Translations under genes and position numbers: made by a program
In this document: in pieces, positions 44,601 to 54,370 of the stretch
Layout of the letters: each line of letters opens with the position of its first letter
How positions within the stretch are numbered: the first letter of the stretch is position 1
Origin: Naegleria gruberi
Lineage: Eukaryota
Assembly (NCBI GenBank): GCA_000004985.1
Contig: GG738889.1
Strand: one strand, 5' to 3'
Length of the DNA stretch: 64,000 bases
Notes under the pieces: generated by a model
The model's input: only the letters and a program-made list of their open reading frames with translations
The model's database searches: none
What the model was told of the DNA's origin: nothing

Positions 44601-46402
44601 ATTCCAGCAAATAGTTCCAATTTTCTAGTTCTAATATTCACTCGCCACAAACAATGTTTTTCACTATCTGAAAAATAAACATAATTACTTATATAGGCAA
44701 TGCCAACTGGAGTGCCAATACCACTGTCCTTTGAAACCAGTGTTTGGGATATTCCAGTACTAACATCTACCATTAAAACTCTATAATTCTTTGTGTCTGA
44801 AACAAATAGAGTGACATTCTTTTCGAGATTGTAATTCACTACTGCAACACAAACTCCTTGTGGACTGTTGAGAACTTCTGATAAACCATCAACCATTTGT
44901 GTATTGGTTGAATTAAAGAAGAATGATCCAGTCATTGGTTGAGATTCTAGAGTATTCAAATTGAATTTCACAAGAAAATTCGAAGCCCAATAGTTAATAT
45001 TATTAACTACGAGTAAGTTTGATTGGTGATCAGTGGTAATTGATATTGGATCAGTAAATATAGGAATCTTACTGTGTAATCCACGTTTCAAATCTAATAG
45101 AGAAGTGCTAATCCTTTCAGATATTCCACTCATAAATGAATATTTCAGTAAACGAGCTGATTGAGAATCAGAAATCAGCAATTCCTCTTCTCCATTCTTA
45201 TTCTTAATAATGATCAAATCTTTTGGTGATCTGAGACCAGTCATTGTTCCTCTGGTTTTTTCAGCAAAGGGAACCCTACTCGAGTAAATTGTTGAAATTA
45301 ATCCTGACCTTCTATCCACCATTCTCATTTCATCTGAAACATCCACAAAAACAATTGCTCCTCCAATGGAAATTGTGACTGATATTGCATTGGTTATTTG
45401 AGCTTCAATGGCTAGCCCTCCATCGCCCAATGATCCTGTGTTTGTTCCCTTAATGACATGTTCGAAAACTCCCATTTCGAGTGAATTCACACTTTCATCC
45501 TGATTGTAAACAGTTGTAAATTTCTTAGATGTCACTGCTTGAGGTCCAGAAAAATAAAAAGTTTCTTCCACAATCGTATTAAGTCCATTTTGATATGTTT
45601 TCAAAGAGGTAACATCAAAAGCAAAAGACATACTATTCCTACAGTCAAAAACAGTACGTGTTCCATTTCTGAATATTCTTTCACCTTTTGATTGAAGTAA
45701 AACTTGCCATTCATCTCTTTCATTAATGATAATTCCTTGAATTGACTCTGAAAAAGTCCTGTACAGAGATACATAACCATTCCTTAACAAGAATACATTG
45801 TAATCTTGTGTGAAATAAACATCAATTTCATCCATATTCGAATACTTGTTAATTGGAACGGAGATTGTTTGGGGATAAATAGAAATTGATGTGGCATTCA
45901 CTTTTTCTGTGGAATCCAAAAATTTACATTGACCATCTCCAGCCAAAGTTGTGATCATTCCATCTGCAGTGTTTAGTCTCTTCAAAAAACAATCCGAATA
46001 GAAATAAATTAAATCAATTGCTCTAGTTGACGACGATTGAAAGGAAACAACCTGAAACTTGGGCCAAACATTGGACCGAACAAAACTGATATCACCTGTT
46101 TCAATGTTCAATTTTGCAAGTTGATATCCTTCACTACCTGTGTTTGATGTGAAATAAATAATGTTTGGATCAACTTTTGAGAACATTGCCCTCGCAGCAA
46201 CGCCAGACAGCTGGTTCTTCTTCTCCAAATATCCAATAACAGGTTTTGATTTATATTGCACAAGTCTCTTCCGAACTAAACTTTCCGTTGTTGGTATTTC
46301 TTGTTGACAAAAAACTGGTGATGTGAAAAACAATGTCACGATTAAAAAACACATCAAAACAGATGCCTCTTTACTGAAAGATAATGATGACATTTTTTTC
46401 AC
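41606..46402 (-). CDS. NHL-repeat receptor protein kinase (signal peptide, about 14 NHL beta-propeller repeats, Cys-rich EGF-like region, TM, Ser/Thr kinase); 3 exons 46402..44543, 44495..42208, 42155..41606
   Basis: The signal peptide is MKKMSSLSF…CFLIVTLFFTSPVFCQQ. There are many NHL-type blades (GNHRIRYATINGV, ADTNNNRIRTV, ADSNNNRIRMI, SDTKNYRVLMVD…). The EGF-like Cys clusters include CSGNGNCFDINQCSCNQGFFGNNCQ. The TM is AIVLLIVTAICFIIFISYISV. The kinase has GEGGMGSVF, AVKVF, HRDLKPANILLD (split IVHR|DLK by a 52-nt GTATGT…AATAG intron), DFGLG and APE. A second 47-nt intron (GTAAGT…CTATAG) joins TTFNS|PKGIHIDSADKV. Together these merge three ORF-track entries into one protein of about 1565 aa. 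The ORF-track M at 44414 is a TTG inside exon 2. Confidence 0.7.
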
Positions 46403-46413
46403 TCTCTTACAAG

Positions 46414-49400
46414 TTATTTATTATTGGAAGGATTGTTAGGGGTATTCAAGTCTGAAAGTTTTCCAATGAAAGATGAACGAAGTCTACCAGCAGTGTTTGT
46501 CAATTTTCCTGCAATGGTAGCACCTCTTTCTCTGAGTGATGGTGTAGATAATCCATTGTTTGGTTGACCTGTGGTTGGTCGTTGGTTTGGTGGTAAAACT
46601 GGAAGTGTTGGGAGATTCTTTTGTGGGATGGTTGGCAATGGTTTTCTATCATGGTCATCAGTAGGAGAACTAGCTCCATTATTATTGGCTAGGAGTTTGT
46701 CTTTACCAGAAAAGCTCAACACTGTTTCAAGTTTGATTTCACCTGTTTGAGCAGGAGAAACTTCATCTTGAGGTTCGGTAAGTTTGTCTTGCAATAGTTT
46801 GGTTTGCAACTCCAAATTTTGCATTTGAAGGTTTTGGTTTTGTTGTTTTAACTCCGCCAACTGCACATACAAATCAGAAATGATATTCTTCAATTCTGCA
46901 TTGACTAATTGTTGGTCATTAATTTCACCTCTGACGATTTGAGCTGATTCACCCTTCTTTTCCATTTTGAGAGCTCTCTCAGTTTGTTGAATTTGTCTCT
47001 TTACAAGTACATTATACTCCTTCTCAACCTTTCCCTTGTCGATTTGAGTCTTTTGTAAATCTTGTTGTAATTGAATGATATGTTCACGAAGAGTTCTATG
47101 AAGAGCATTTGTTTCCTCTTGAGCCTTCTTGAACTTTTTCTTTTCTTCCTTTAGTTTAAAGTCCAAATCGGTAATCTTTCTATCTCTGAGATCACATTCA
47201 GATTGTAATTGTTTGGTCAAGTGCTTTTGTTGGTTCAGCAATTTACGTGTTTCACTCTCCTGAGTAAGGTAAGTGGAGATACTTTGCTCACGGTTTTCCT
47301 GCTCCTTTCTAAAAGATTGGATATATTCATGGAGTTGACTGAATTCAACTCTGAGAGAAAATTCTTCTTCAGCAGCAACACGAAGAGAATTCTTGATAAT
47401 TTCGAATTGCTTTTGCATGCCTCTCAACTCACGATTTTGATGTTCAATACTTTCATCTGTTAAAACTCTATTAACAATTTCTTCATTCTTCTTATCATCA
47501 ACTTCTTGCTTCCTTGTTTCAAAGAAATCTCTGCCAATATCTGTTTGAACACTCATGTCAATACGCATATTTTTGATACGGAGTTCTTCAATTACTCTAG
47601 CACTTAATCTAATCCAGTCTGCAAGTTGGTTAGGAGTTTCTGGATAGATGAAAAGTCTCTTTTCATTACCATTAATGATGGCCAAAACTTCCTTTGGCAT
47701 TGGTTGATTTTCTTCAATTGGTACTTGTGTCTTGATATACTCTGTTGTATCAGACAAAGCCATATGATAGAACAAGTACTTATCAATGGCATTTGTAGAA
47801 TCCTTTACAAAGCTTTGAGGTGGAAGTTTTTGAGTGAGACACAAAATTTCACAAGTATCTAACAAGACACAGTGAATTCTCTTGAAAGTATTTGAACTGT
47901 GAGTGAGTACTTTACAAGGTCCTTCAATAAGAATATTCTTCTTATTGTCATCAACTTTTGGTGTGTTGGTAACAGCTTGGGGTTGTTTAGAAGGAGTCTT
48001 GATAGATGATTGTTGGTTTTGCATATCGGCCAATACTTCTGTAAGGTGAATCTTACTCTTGATGGCTTCATTCAAAGCTTCTGTCTTATCATTGAGTTCA
48101 GAGTGCATATTATTGAAAAGTCTTGTCAAACTATAATGTTCAATAAGAGTCTTTGTGAAGGATCTTTGTGATTCTGCTATTAAATCTCCCAAATTTTGGA
48201 ATTTTTTGATAATCAAGAGAGTCTTCTTATCAGCAAACATGGCAAAATAACCTTGTAACATATCTGCCCATTGTTTGATATCCTTGAATTGGCTTCTCAA
48301 GAGCTTGGAAATTACATAAACCATCTCTGGTTTGATTTCAATACGCAAAGAGTTCTCTGAATGTCCAAGGGAAGGATCCATAGCTTGGAACCAAATACCT
48401 CTCTTACTCAATGGCTTGGTATAATCATTGATAAGTCCAATCATCCAATCAACTGGTGCCGAGGTGAGTGGAACAACTTCCAAATTGTCAAATGTTGAAG
48501 TCTTTGGAGCACTGTTAATATCATCCAATGACTTGAAAGGAACACCAGTCTTAATCAAACAGTGAACATTTGTACCAGTACCATAGAGCTTGAGTTCATA
48601 TTCATGAGATCTATTACTAAAGCTTTGAACAGGTTGTTTTGATATTCTGTCCAAATGTTCAATACGGTAGAGACTATCAAACATTGGTAGGGTAGCACCC
48701 TCCATGATACTTCTTGTTGGCAAGTGAGTGACCCCCAATGTCTTGATTTCCACACCAACAGCATTTGGTCCTTGACCTTTTCCGATGACATAAACTTCAA
48801 CCTCCTCAAGAGAAATGTCGAACAACATTGGATAGAAAGTTTGGTGAGTGGTGGCCAAGAATTCTTGAACTGTCTTCTTGTCCTCTTCCTCCTCCGTAAG
48901 TTCTTGTTCCTCTGATTGTTCTTTAACAACTTGTGGTTTCTTCTTTGTATCTTTGATCTTTTTAGCAACAGTCTTGATGACTGGAATTAATTCAGTCTTG
49001 ATGGTTGGAATGATTTCTTCCTTAATGACTGGAATAATTTCAGCAGTACTTTCTTTGGTTTTTCTCTCAATTTTGGCAGGTTCTATGGTACGAATTGTTG
49101 GTGTGGAAATGCCTGTTGCTATGGAAATAGGTTCTGGCTTTTTCTCTGACGAATCAACTTCCACAGAAACAAATGAGTCAATTTCTTTCATTGTCAATGT
49201 TAGAGTTGGTGTTTCCTTTGGAGTATCGAAGGCCGATTCTGAAGTAATAATCTCAAATGAGTCATCACCTTCTTCGGTATTCATTTCTTCATCAGTCAAT
49301 GGTTCTTCATCCTCTTCATCCTTTTCTGAAGGTGAAGTAGCAGCCGATTTCGACTCTGCTTCCTGTCCAGCTACTTGTGGTAAAGAAGATTCTTGTTGTT

Positions 49401-52400
49401 GCTGTGTTTGTTCTTCTTGGTTTTCCTCTAAAACTTCAACTGAGTCTTTTGGTGAAAGAGACTCTTCAACCTTTGGTGAAGTAATTCCTGTTTCGCTCTC
49501 CAAAAAGTCAGTAGGCAATTGTGAAACCAATTCCTCTTCTTCCTCTTGAGCCTTCTTCTTTTCAGGCAAGTACTTTTCACGAATCTTACTGTATGTTCTC
49601 TTCACTGTTCTATTCATAATTTCCATAGGTGATACATCAAATGCATTTTCTCTGGAATTTAAGAAATGAAGAACATGGTATGCAGTGTCAGTATTTAAAC
49701 CAATGTGAAGTCCGTTTGCTTTCAAAATAAGTCTTGGATTTCTCAAAAAATTTGAATTTCTGTGAGGTTCCATCTGTGGTTGGTCACTAGGAGTTGCTGG
49801 TGACTTTTTAGTATCAGCATTCAAATCCATTGGATGTTCATATCTGAAAACTATCATGTGACCAGGAGATTTGGTTTTATCATACATTGGGAATACATAT
49901 GGAGACTTTTGTGAAATGCTCGAATGCATATGGCTTACCATGATCGAAGAAGGATTTTCACCATTTTGTGGAGAAGTTATTTCAAAGTGAGCAATCTTAC
50001 TCTTCACCGTTAAAAAGTTGCTAACCTTTGTAGTATTGTTGGTTTCTACTAAAACCTCAGCTCCACTCAAAACCATAGTCAATAATTTTGCATCCAAAGA
50101 AGGGTCATACTGTGAGGAGAAGAATGCCTCCATTGAGGTGGCAGATGAAGCAGTAATTGAAACTTCAAGCTTGGCAATCTTGGACATGAACATGAGAGGG
50201 ATGAGACGAATATCTTCCTTTGGAGCTTCAATAATAGGTTGAGGTTGATTTGGTTTTTTGAAAAGATCAATATTATGGTCATGGAATGATTTGGTACTTT
50301 GAATTAGGAAGGACTTGATCATTGGAGGATCATCAACAAATGTACGTATGAATTCCAACAATAAAATCACTTGAGATTGGTTCATGTGGAAATTCAAATT
50401 TTCAATAAAGGTAAGAAGTACAATTTTTGGTAACTTGGCATGGTAATCTGACAAGGTTTCATCATTGATACCCAAATCAAAAGTCAAGGAAAGAGGTTCC
50501 ATAATTCTCTGTGGTGGTGAGTGAATGGAAGGCATGATTTGAATCAAAAAGTCGGATATTTTGACCTTGAACTTGTTTGGCAAAACTTCCCATAGAGAAG
50601 AATGTAACGAACTGTAATCTGAACCACTTGATGGGAATGTATCAATTGATTTTGGAGCAAAGAGTGAATCCTTATCCTTCTTTCCCCATTCCGATTGTTT
50701 TCTAATTCTAGGATCACTAGTGATGATCAATTCTCTATTATCAATACAAACAATTTCATTCACATCGGTCATTAGATCTGGTGAGTAATTTGAAGGAATA
50801 AAAATTTTTGGACTTCTAATTTCCACAAGGAAGGAGAAGCTCTTCTCATCTCCTCCACTTTCTTCATCTGAATTGTAATCAGAATTTGATGAATTGATAG
50901 AGTTACTGGATGGTGAAACTTTCAACTTTTCTGCACTTTTAGTTGTGGATGCCATAGAGCTGAGTGAACCAGTTGGATTAAGAGGTTTACCAAGTTGTAT
51001 GATACTATCCACAGGAGGTTTGACGGACATGTCTGGTAAACATTCTAGAGAAAATTCCAATAATCTAATAAGTCTACGAACATCGAGCATGATATTGATA
51101 GGATTCACTCTACATTCTAAAATGAATTCCATTCCTTCACCCTTAACAAACTTTAACCTGACCATTTCTTTCCCTTCCTCAAAGAATTTTCTTTTAATGA
51201 CAGAGTTTGGTCGGTATACTCTATCAGTTTTAGTATAGTCAGGATAGTATCTGTGTGTTGATAAAAATTCAGGCCAGACGTCCAAATTGACTGTATAACT
51301 GTGTGATCCTGTAACTGTAGGACTCACTATTTTTGTAGTTTCTGCATGATGACTCACAAAATCATCCTCTTCAAACTCTTCTTTAAATATTTGAGGTTGA
51401 ATAATATAATTTTCATCTTTCAATTCATTATCTGTAGTATTGTGATTTCCAATGAGTTCCAAATCCAAGAAAGAAGCTGCTGTTTCTGATAAATTTCCTT
51501 GTCCCTTGAAACTTGTAGTAATTTCCTTAAATTGGATGAAAGGAATTCCGAGTTGAATATTCTTATCCTCAGGTGTATCCTCTGGCATGACCAAGCCTAA
51601 CTGGAATCCCAACATTTCAAAATAGTACCCAAGTACACGTCTATTTTCTCTTCCAACAACTTGTTTAGGTTGATTATTCTCATCACGACTATACAAAAAT
51701 GTCATTGAAAACTCGTTTAAATTTACAACTATACACTTTCTGACAGTGTCTTGTGGAGTTGAGGATTTCTTAATCATATCATCTGTAATAATTTCCATAT
51801 CATTTAAATCTCCATCCATTTCTGCCAATTCCTCTTCAAGTTTGGCTTCATCATCCGAATCCTCCTCATCACCATTATTATCAACAAAGAATTTAGAAAT
51901 TGCTTTAGATTGTCTAGCTGTTGTTGTTGTGTTGGTCATTGATGTTTTGCTAGATTTTGATGAAAGACTAGATTGACTGCCTGATCTTTTTGTTCTCTTT
52001 ACATATGTTGTTAGTGGATCTTTTGGTTGAATTAAATCCTGTCTTGCTGATGCTGATTTAAAAGCTAACAAGACTCTGATAAGTGCTTTAATATCGTCCT
52101 GTCTTAGTGTTATTGCTATTTTAGGAAGAATAATTTCAGCATTGATACTCAGTAGTGATGATTGTTTACCCACTGTTACTGCTCGCTTTTTCATTGTTAT
52201 AAAGATATTACAAGTTATATCATTTAAAAGCTTGATAGGGTCTGAGTTTGGTAAGAAACTATTTGCTGATGGTGTACTCTTTATACCTGTGCTAGAAAAG
52301 ACTGAACTAGGTATGAGAGAGATGGATATTGATTCAATAGTACCCATACGATGCACCCAAACAAAAGGATTTTTATCAACCTTTGGGATGGCTTGTTTTA

Positions 52401-52977
52401 AATCTGGTACAGGTTTAAATCTATAATCTGTTGTTTGAAGGGTAAATCCCTTGACTAGAATTTGCAATACATGAGGTGTATATGGTCCAATTTGTGTTGA
52501 AGGTATTGGCCCGAGAGTTTTAATATTAATTTCAACTCTATTTACCACAATCTTGAGACCATCAATAATTCTATCCACAAATCCATACTTGCTGGTACCT
52601 GTTTTTGATGAAGAAGAACCTTCATCACCCTGAGATCCTCTGTTCTTTTCCAGAAAATCCTTCAGTGGTGTCTTTTTAACAAAAGGTTTTGTTGGTTCCT
52701 CCAAGTTGATAACCAACTTATCGAGAGTGATGATGAGAGGATCATTTGTTAAACGTGTAAGACCTGGTAAACGTATGGAGAGTTGATTGACGTGAGCATC
52801 CATTACTTGAAGAAAATCAATAGGTAAAACCTCTTGAATAACTTGTTCATTGACGAATAAATTATTCAGAGACCCTGATCCCTTCATAAACGATAGAGAC
52901 AAGGCATCCTTTCCCCAGTTTTTAATAAAGACGGAAAGATATTTTCCCAACACACTAGAAATCAATCTATCAGCCAT
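46414..52977 (-). CDS. Chorein-N bridge-like lipid-transfer protein, BLTP3/SHIP164 (UHRF1BP1)-like, with acidic region, PH-like domain and long C-terminal coiled coil
   Basis: The 2187-aa single exon starts at a real ATG. The N-terminus MADRLISSVLGKYLSVFIKNWGKDALSLSFMKGSGSLNNLFVNEQVIQEVLPIDFLQVMDAHVNQLSIRLP…LDKLVINLEEP aligns closely with the SHIP164/UHRF1BP1 chorein-N domain (…LSTLKGEGELKNLELDEEVLQNML…ASIRIPW…LDKV…EEP). Near residue 1700 there is a PH-like fold (ILIEGPCKVL…KRIHCVLLDTCEILCL…KRLFIYPETPNQLADWIRLSARV). The last ~450 aa are heptad-rich and end in a Pro-rich tail. Confidence 0.6.
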   Translation of the reverse strand: MADRLISSVLGKYLSVFIKNWGKDALSLSFMKGSGSLNNLFVNEQVIQEVLPIDFLQVMDAHVNQLSIRLPGLTRLTNDPLIITLDKLVINLEEPTKPFVKKTPLKDFLEKNRGSQGDEGSSSSKTGTSKYGFVDRIIDGLKIVVNRVEINIKTLGPIPSTQIGPYTPHVLQILVKGFTLQTTDYRFKPVPDLKQAIPKVDKNPFVWVHRMGTIESISISLIPSSVFSSTGIKSTPSANSFLPNSDPIKLLNDITCNIFITMKKRAVTVGKQSSLLSINAEIILPKIAITLRQDDIKALIRVLLAFKSASARQDLIQPKDPLTTYVKRTKRSGSQSSLSSKSSKTSMTNTTTTARQSKAISKFFVDNNGDEEDSDDEAKLEEELAEMDGDLNDMEIITDDMIKKSSTPQDTVRKCIVVNLNEFSMTFLYSRDENNQPKQVVGRENRRVLGYYFEMLGFQLGLVMPEDTPEDKNIQLGIPFIQFKEITTSFKGQGNLSETAASFLDLELIGNHNTTDNELKDENYIIQPQIFKEEFEEDDFVSHHAETTKIVSPTVTGSHSYTVNLDVWPEFLSTHRYYPDYTKTDRVYRPNSVIKRKFFEEGKEMVRLKFVKGEGMEFILECRVNPINIMLDVRRLIRLLEFSLECLPDMSVKPPVDSIIQLGKPLNPTGSLSSMASTTKSAEKLKVSPSSNSINSSNSDYNSDEESGGDEKSFSFLVEIRSPKIFIPSNYSPDLMTDVNEIVCIDNRELIITSDPRIRKQSEWGKKDKDSLFAPKSIDTFPSSGSDYSSLHSSLWEVLPNKFKVKISDFLIQIMPSIHSPPQRIMEPLSLTFDLGINDETLSDYHAKLPKIVLLTFIENLNFHMNQSQVILLLEFIRTFVDDPPMIKSFLIQSTKSFHDHNIDLFKKPNQPQPIIEAPKEDIRLIPLMFMSKIAKLEVSITASSATSMEAFFSSQYDPSLDAKLLTMVLSGAEVLVETNNTTKVSNFLTVKSKIAHFEITSPQNGENPSSIMVSHMHSSISQKSPYVFPMYDKTKSPGHMIVFRYEHPMDLNADTKKSPATPSDQPQMEPHRNSNFLRNPRLILKANGLHIGLNTDTAYHVLHFLNSRENAFDVSPMEIMNRTVKRTYSKIREKYLPEKKKAQEEEEELVSQLPTDFLESETGITSPKVEESLSPKDSVEVLEENQEEQTQQQQESSLPQVAGQEAESKSAATSPSEKDEEDEEPLTDEEMNTEEGDDSFEIITSESAFDTPKETPTLTLTMKEIDSFVSVEVDSSEKKPEPISIATGISTPTIRTIEPAKIERKTKESTAEIIPVIKEEIIPTIKTELIPVIKTVAKKIKDTKKKPQVVKEQSEEQELTEEEEDKKTVQEFLATTHQTFYPMLFDISLEEVEVYVIGKGQGPNAVGVEIKTLGVTHLPTRSIMEGATLPMFDSLYRIEHLDRISKQPVQSFSNRSHEYELKLYGTGTNVHCLIKTGVPFKSLDDINSAPKTSTFDNLEVVPLTSAPVDWMIGLINDYTKPLSKRGIWFQAMDPSLGHSENSLRIEIKPEMVYVISKLLRSQFKDIKQWADMLQGYFAMFADKKTLLIIKKFQNLGDLIAESQRSFTKTLIEHYSLTRLFNNMHSELNDKTEALNEAIKSKIHLTEVLADMQNQQSSIKTPSKQPQAVTNTPKVDDNKKNILIEGPCKVLTHSSNTFKRIHCVLLDTCEILCLTQKLPPQSFVKDSTNAIDKYLFYHMALSDTTEYIKTQVPIEENQPMPKEVLAIINGNEKRLFIYPETPNQLADWIRLSARVIEELRIKNMRIDMSVQTDIGRDFFETRKQEVDDKKNEEIVNRVLTDESIEHQNRELRGMQKQFEIIKNSLRVAAEEEFSLRVEFSQLHEYIQSFRKEQENREQSISTYLTQESETRKLLNQQKHLTKQLQSECDLRDRKITDLDFKLKEEKKKFKKAQEETNALHRTLREHIIQLQQDLQKTQIDKGKVEKEYNVLVKRQIQQTERALKMEKKGESAQIVRGEINDQQLVNAELKNIISDLYVQLAELKQQNQNLQMQNLELQTKLLQDKLTEPQDEVSPAQTGEIKLETVLSFSGKDKLLANNNGASSPTDDHDRKPLPTIPQKNLPTLPVLPPNQRPTTGQPNNGLSTPSLRERGATIAGKLTNTAGRLRSSFIGKLSDLNTPNNPSNNK

Positions 52978-53349
52978 CTTGTTTAAATTTTAATTATCAA
53001 ACGTGGGTCGTGTTGTTGTTGTTGATTTGTAGTGATGATGATGATGATAACGACTCGAAAGAGAATAGTTCTTCCTTTTTATCGGCTGATTCTTCAATTA
53101 TTCCTTTTCTTGTTGTTGGAGTGTTGTGTTGTTTGGTATGGAGTTTTTTTTCTATTGTTTTCTGAACAACAGCAACTCCACCTCATCAATCGAAGGTGCT
53201 TGGAATCGAACACGAATATTTGAGTGTTTGAAAAGAACAGCTTGTTATTTAAGGTTACATCCTTGATGAATGCAAGATAACTCTTTGATAAATTCTTATT
53301 AGTACAATATTTGTCAATATTCCATACTATAAAGTAAGATGATTGATTT

Positions 53350-54330
53350 GTGAAAGAAGAAAAAATGTTTCATCGTGATGAAGAAGAAAAGGTTTGCATT
53401 AGCTTGTGCGATTTCCAGTTTGATGATGATTGTAAAAGAAGATTGCACTCCATGCTGAAAGGAAAACTCTGCTCTTCTTCTATCGAATTAAAACCCTTCT
53501 CCAAACAATTTAATCTTTTAAATACTATTTCATTGTCTCCCTATGCTTCTTCTTCGAATACTTCCTTTTATCAGGATGTTAGAATTGTGTACAAGTACAA
53601 TTTGATCATCATTACACAGGGAAGTGACTTGATTCTCCTGGATTATCAATCTAAACAATATCTAAAATCAATTTCAATTGAAAATGGCATTACTTCCATT
53701 GAAATTGATAATGCCGAAGAGTTTCTCTATTTATTGGTCATTAATTATTCGACAAAATGTTTTTCCTTGCAAAAACATGATTTGAATCAATTGGTTAGTA
53801 GTGGTGGTAATAATTCATTACTATGGAAGAATAGCTATGGTTTTTATTTTAGAGATGACGAGCATATCTCACAAAGAAAGATAGCCCTAAAGGAAGTCAA
53901 TTCAAAACAATATGTTTACCTAATGTACTTTACCGATGGACTGGTTGTTTACAATGGCAGTAATGGTGAATTAGATCATTCATTTGTGGATCTTTACTAT
54001 AATTACTTTATGAAGTTCAATGAAAAAGGCCAGATTTTAACATCAAGTCTTAATGGATTAGGAAAATATACTTTTTGCTTGGAAGAAAACAAATGGAAAG
54101 AAGAGGAAACTGAGCCTCTCTATGCATCAGTGGAGGGAATACACTATGAGAAAAGTTCACAATTGATTTATACTATTGAAGATTCATATTTCATTGCGTG
54201 GTATGATGAACAGTTTAATGTAGAAAATAAGAAATTGGATTTACAGCAGATAACAGCAATGACTATTGATGAGAGAAGAGGAGAAATTTATATAATTTCT
54301 TCAGATAGAAATTTAAATATTTACAATTAA
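53350..54330 (+). CDS. Hypothetical protein (possible beta-propeller)
   Basis: The ORF-track start is GTG. The first ATG is at 53365 (MFHRDEEEKV…). It has repeated hydrophobic/aromatic blocks but no recognisable motif. Confidence 0.35.
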   Translation: MKEEKMFHRDEEEKVCISLCDFQFDDDCKRRLHSMLKGKLCSSSIELKPFSKQFNLLNTISLSPYASSSNTSFYQDVRIVYKYNLIIITQGSDLILLDYQSKQYLKSISIENGITSIEIDNAEEFLYLLVINYSTKCFSLQKHDLNQLVSSGGNNSLLWKNSYGFYFRDDEHISQRKIALKEVNSKQYVYLMYFTDGLVVYNGSNGELDHSFVDLYYNYFMKFNEKGQILTSSLNGLGKYTFCLEENKWKEEETEPLYASVEGIHYEKSSQLIYTIEDSYFIAWYDEQFNVENKKLDLQQITAMTIDERRGEIYIISSDRNLNIYN

Positions 54331-54370
54331 TTTCCCTTTCAGCTCGATAAATAGTGAATGTGTCAATTCA

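Noticed and set aside
47209-49549. Several plus-strand ORFs (84-223 aa, including the Ser-rich 48878..49549) and minus-strand ORFs (47604..47792, 47859..48071, 48555..48968) inside the BLTP3-like gene
   Set aside because: The plus-strand ones are antisense to a continuous 2187-codon ORF with a conserved N-terminus. The minus-strand ones are off-frame readings of the same CDS. The Ser-rich 223-aa ORF mirrors the acidic/Ser-rich coding repeat on the other strand.
53024-53045. (GAT)n microsatellite and poly-M ORF (53032..53223) upstream of the BLTP3-like gene
   Set aside because: It is a simple trinucleotide repeat in a divergent promoter region. The ORF MMMMMITTRKR… is an artefact of ATG repeats.
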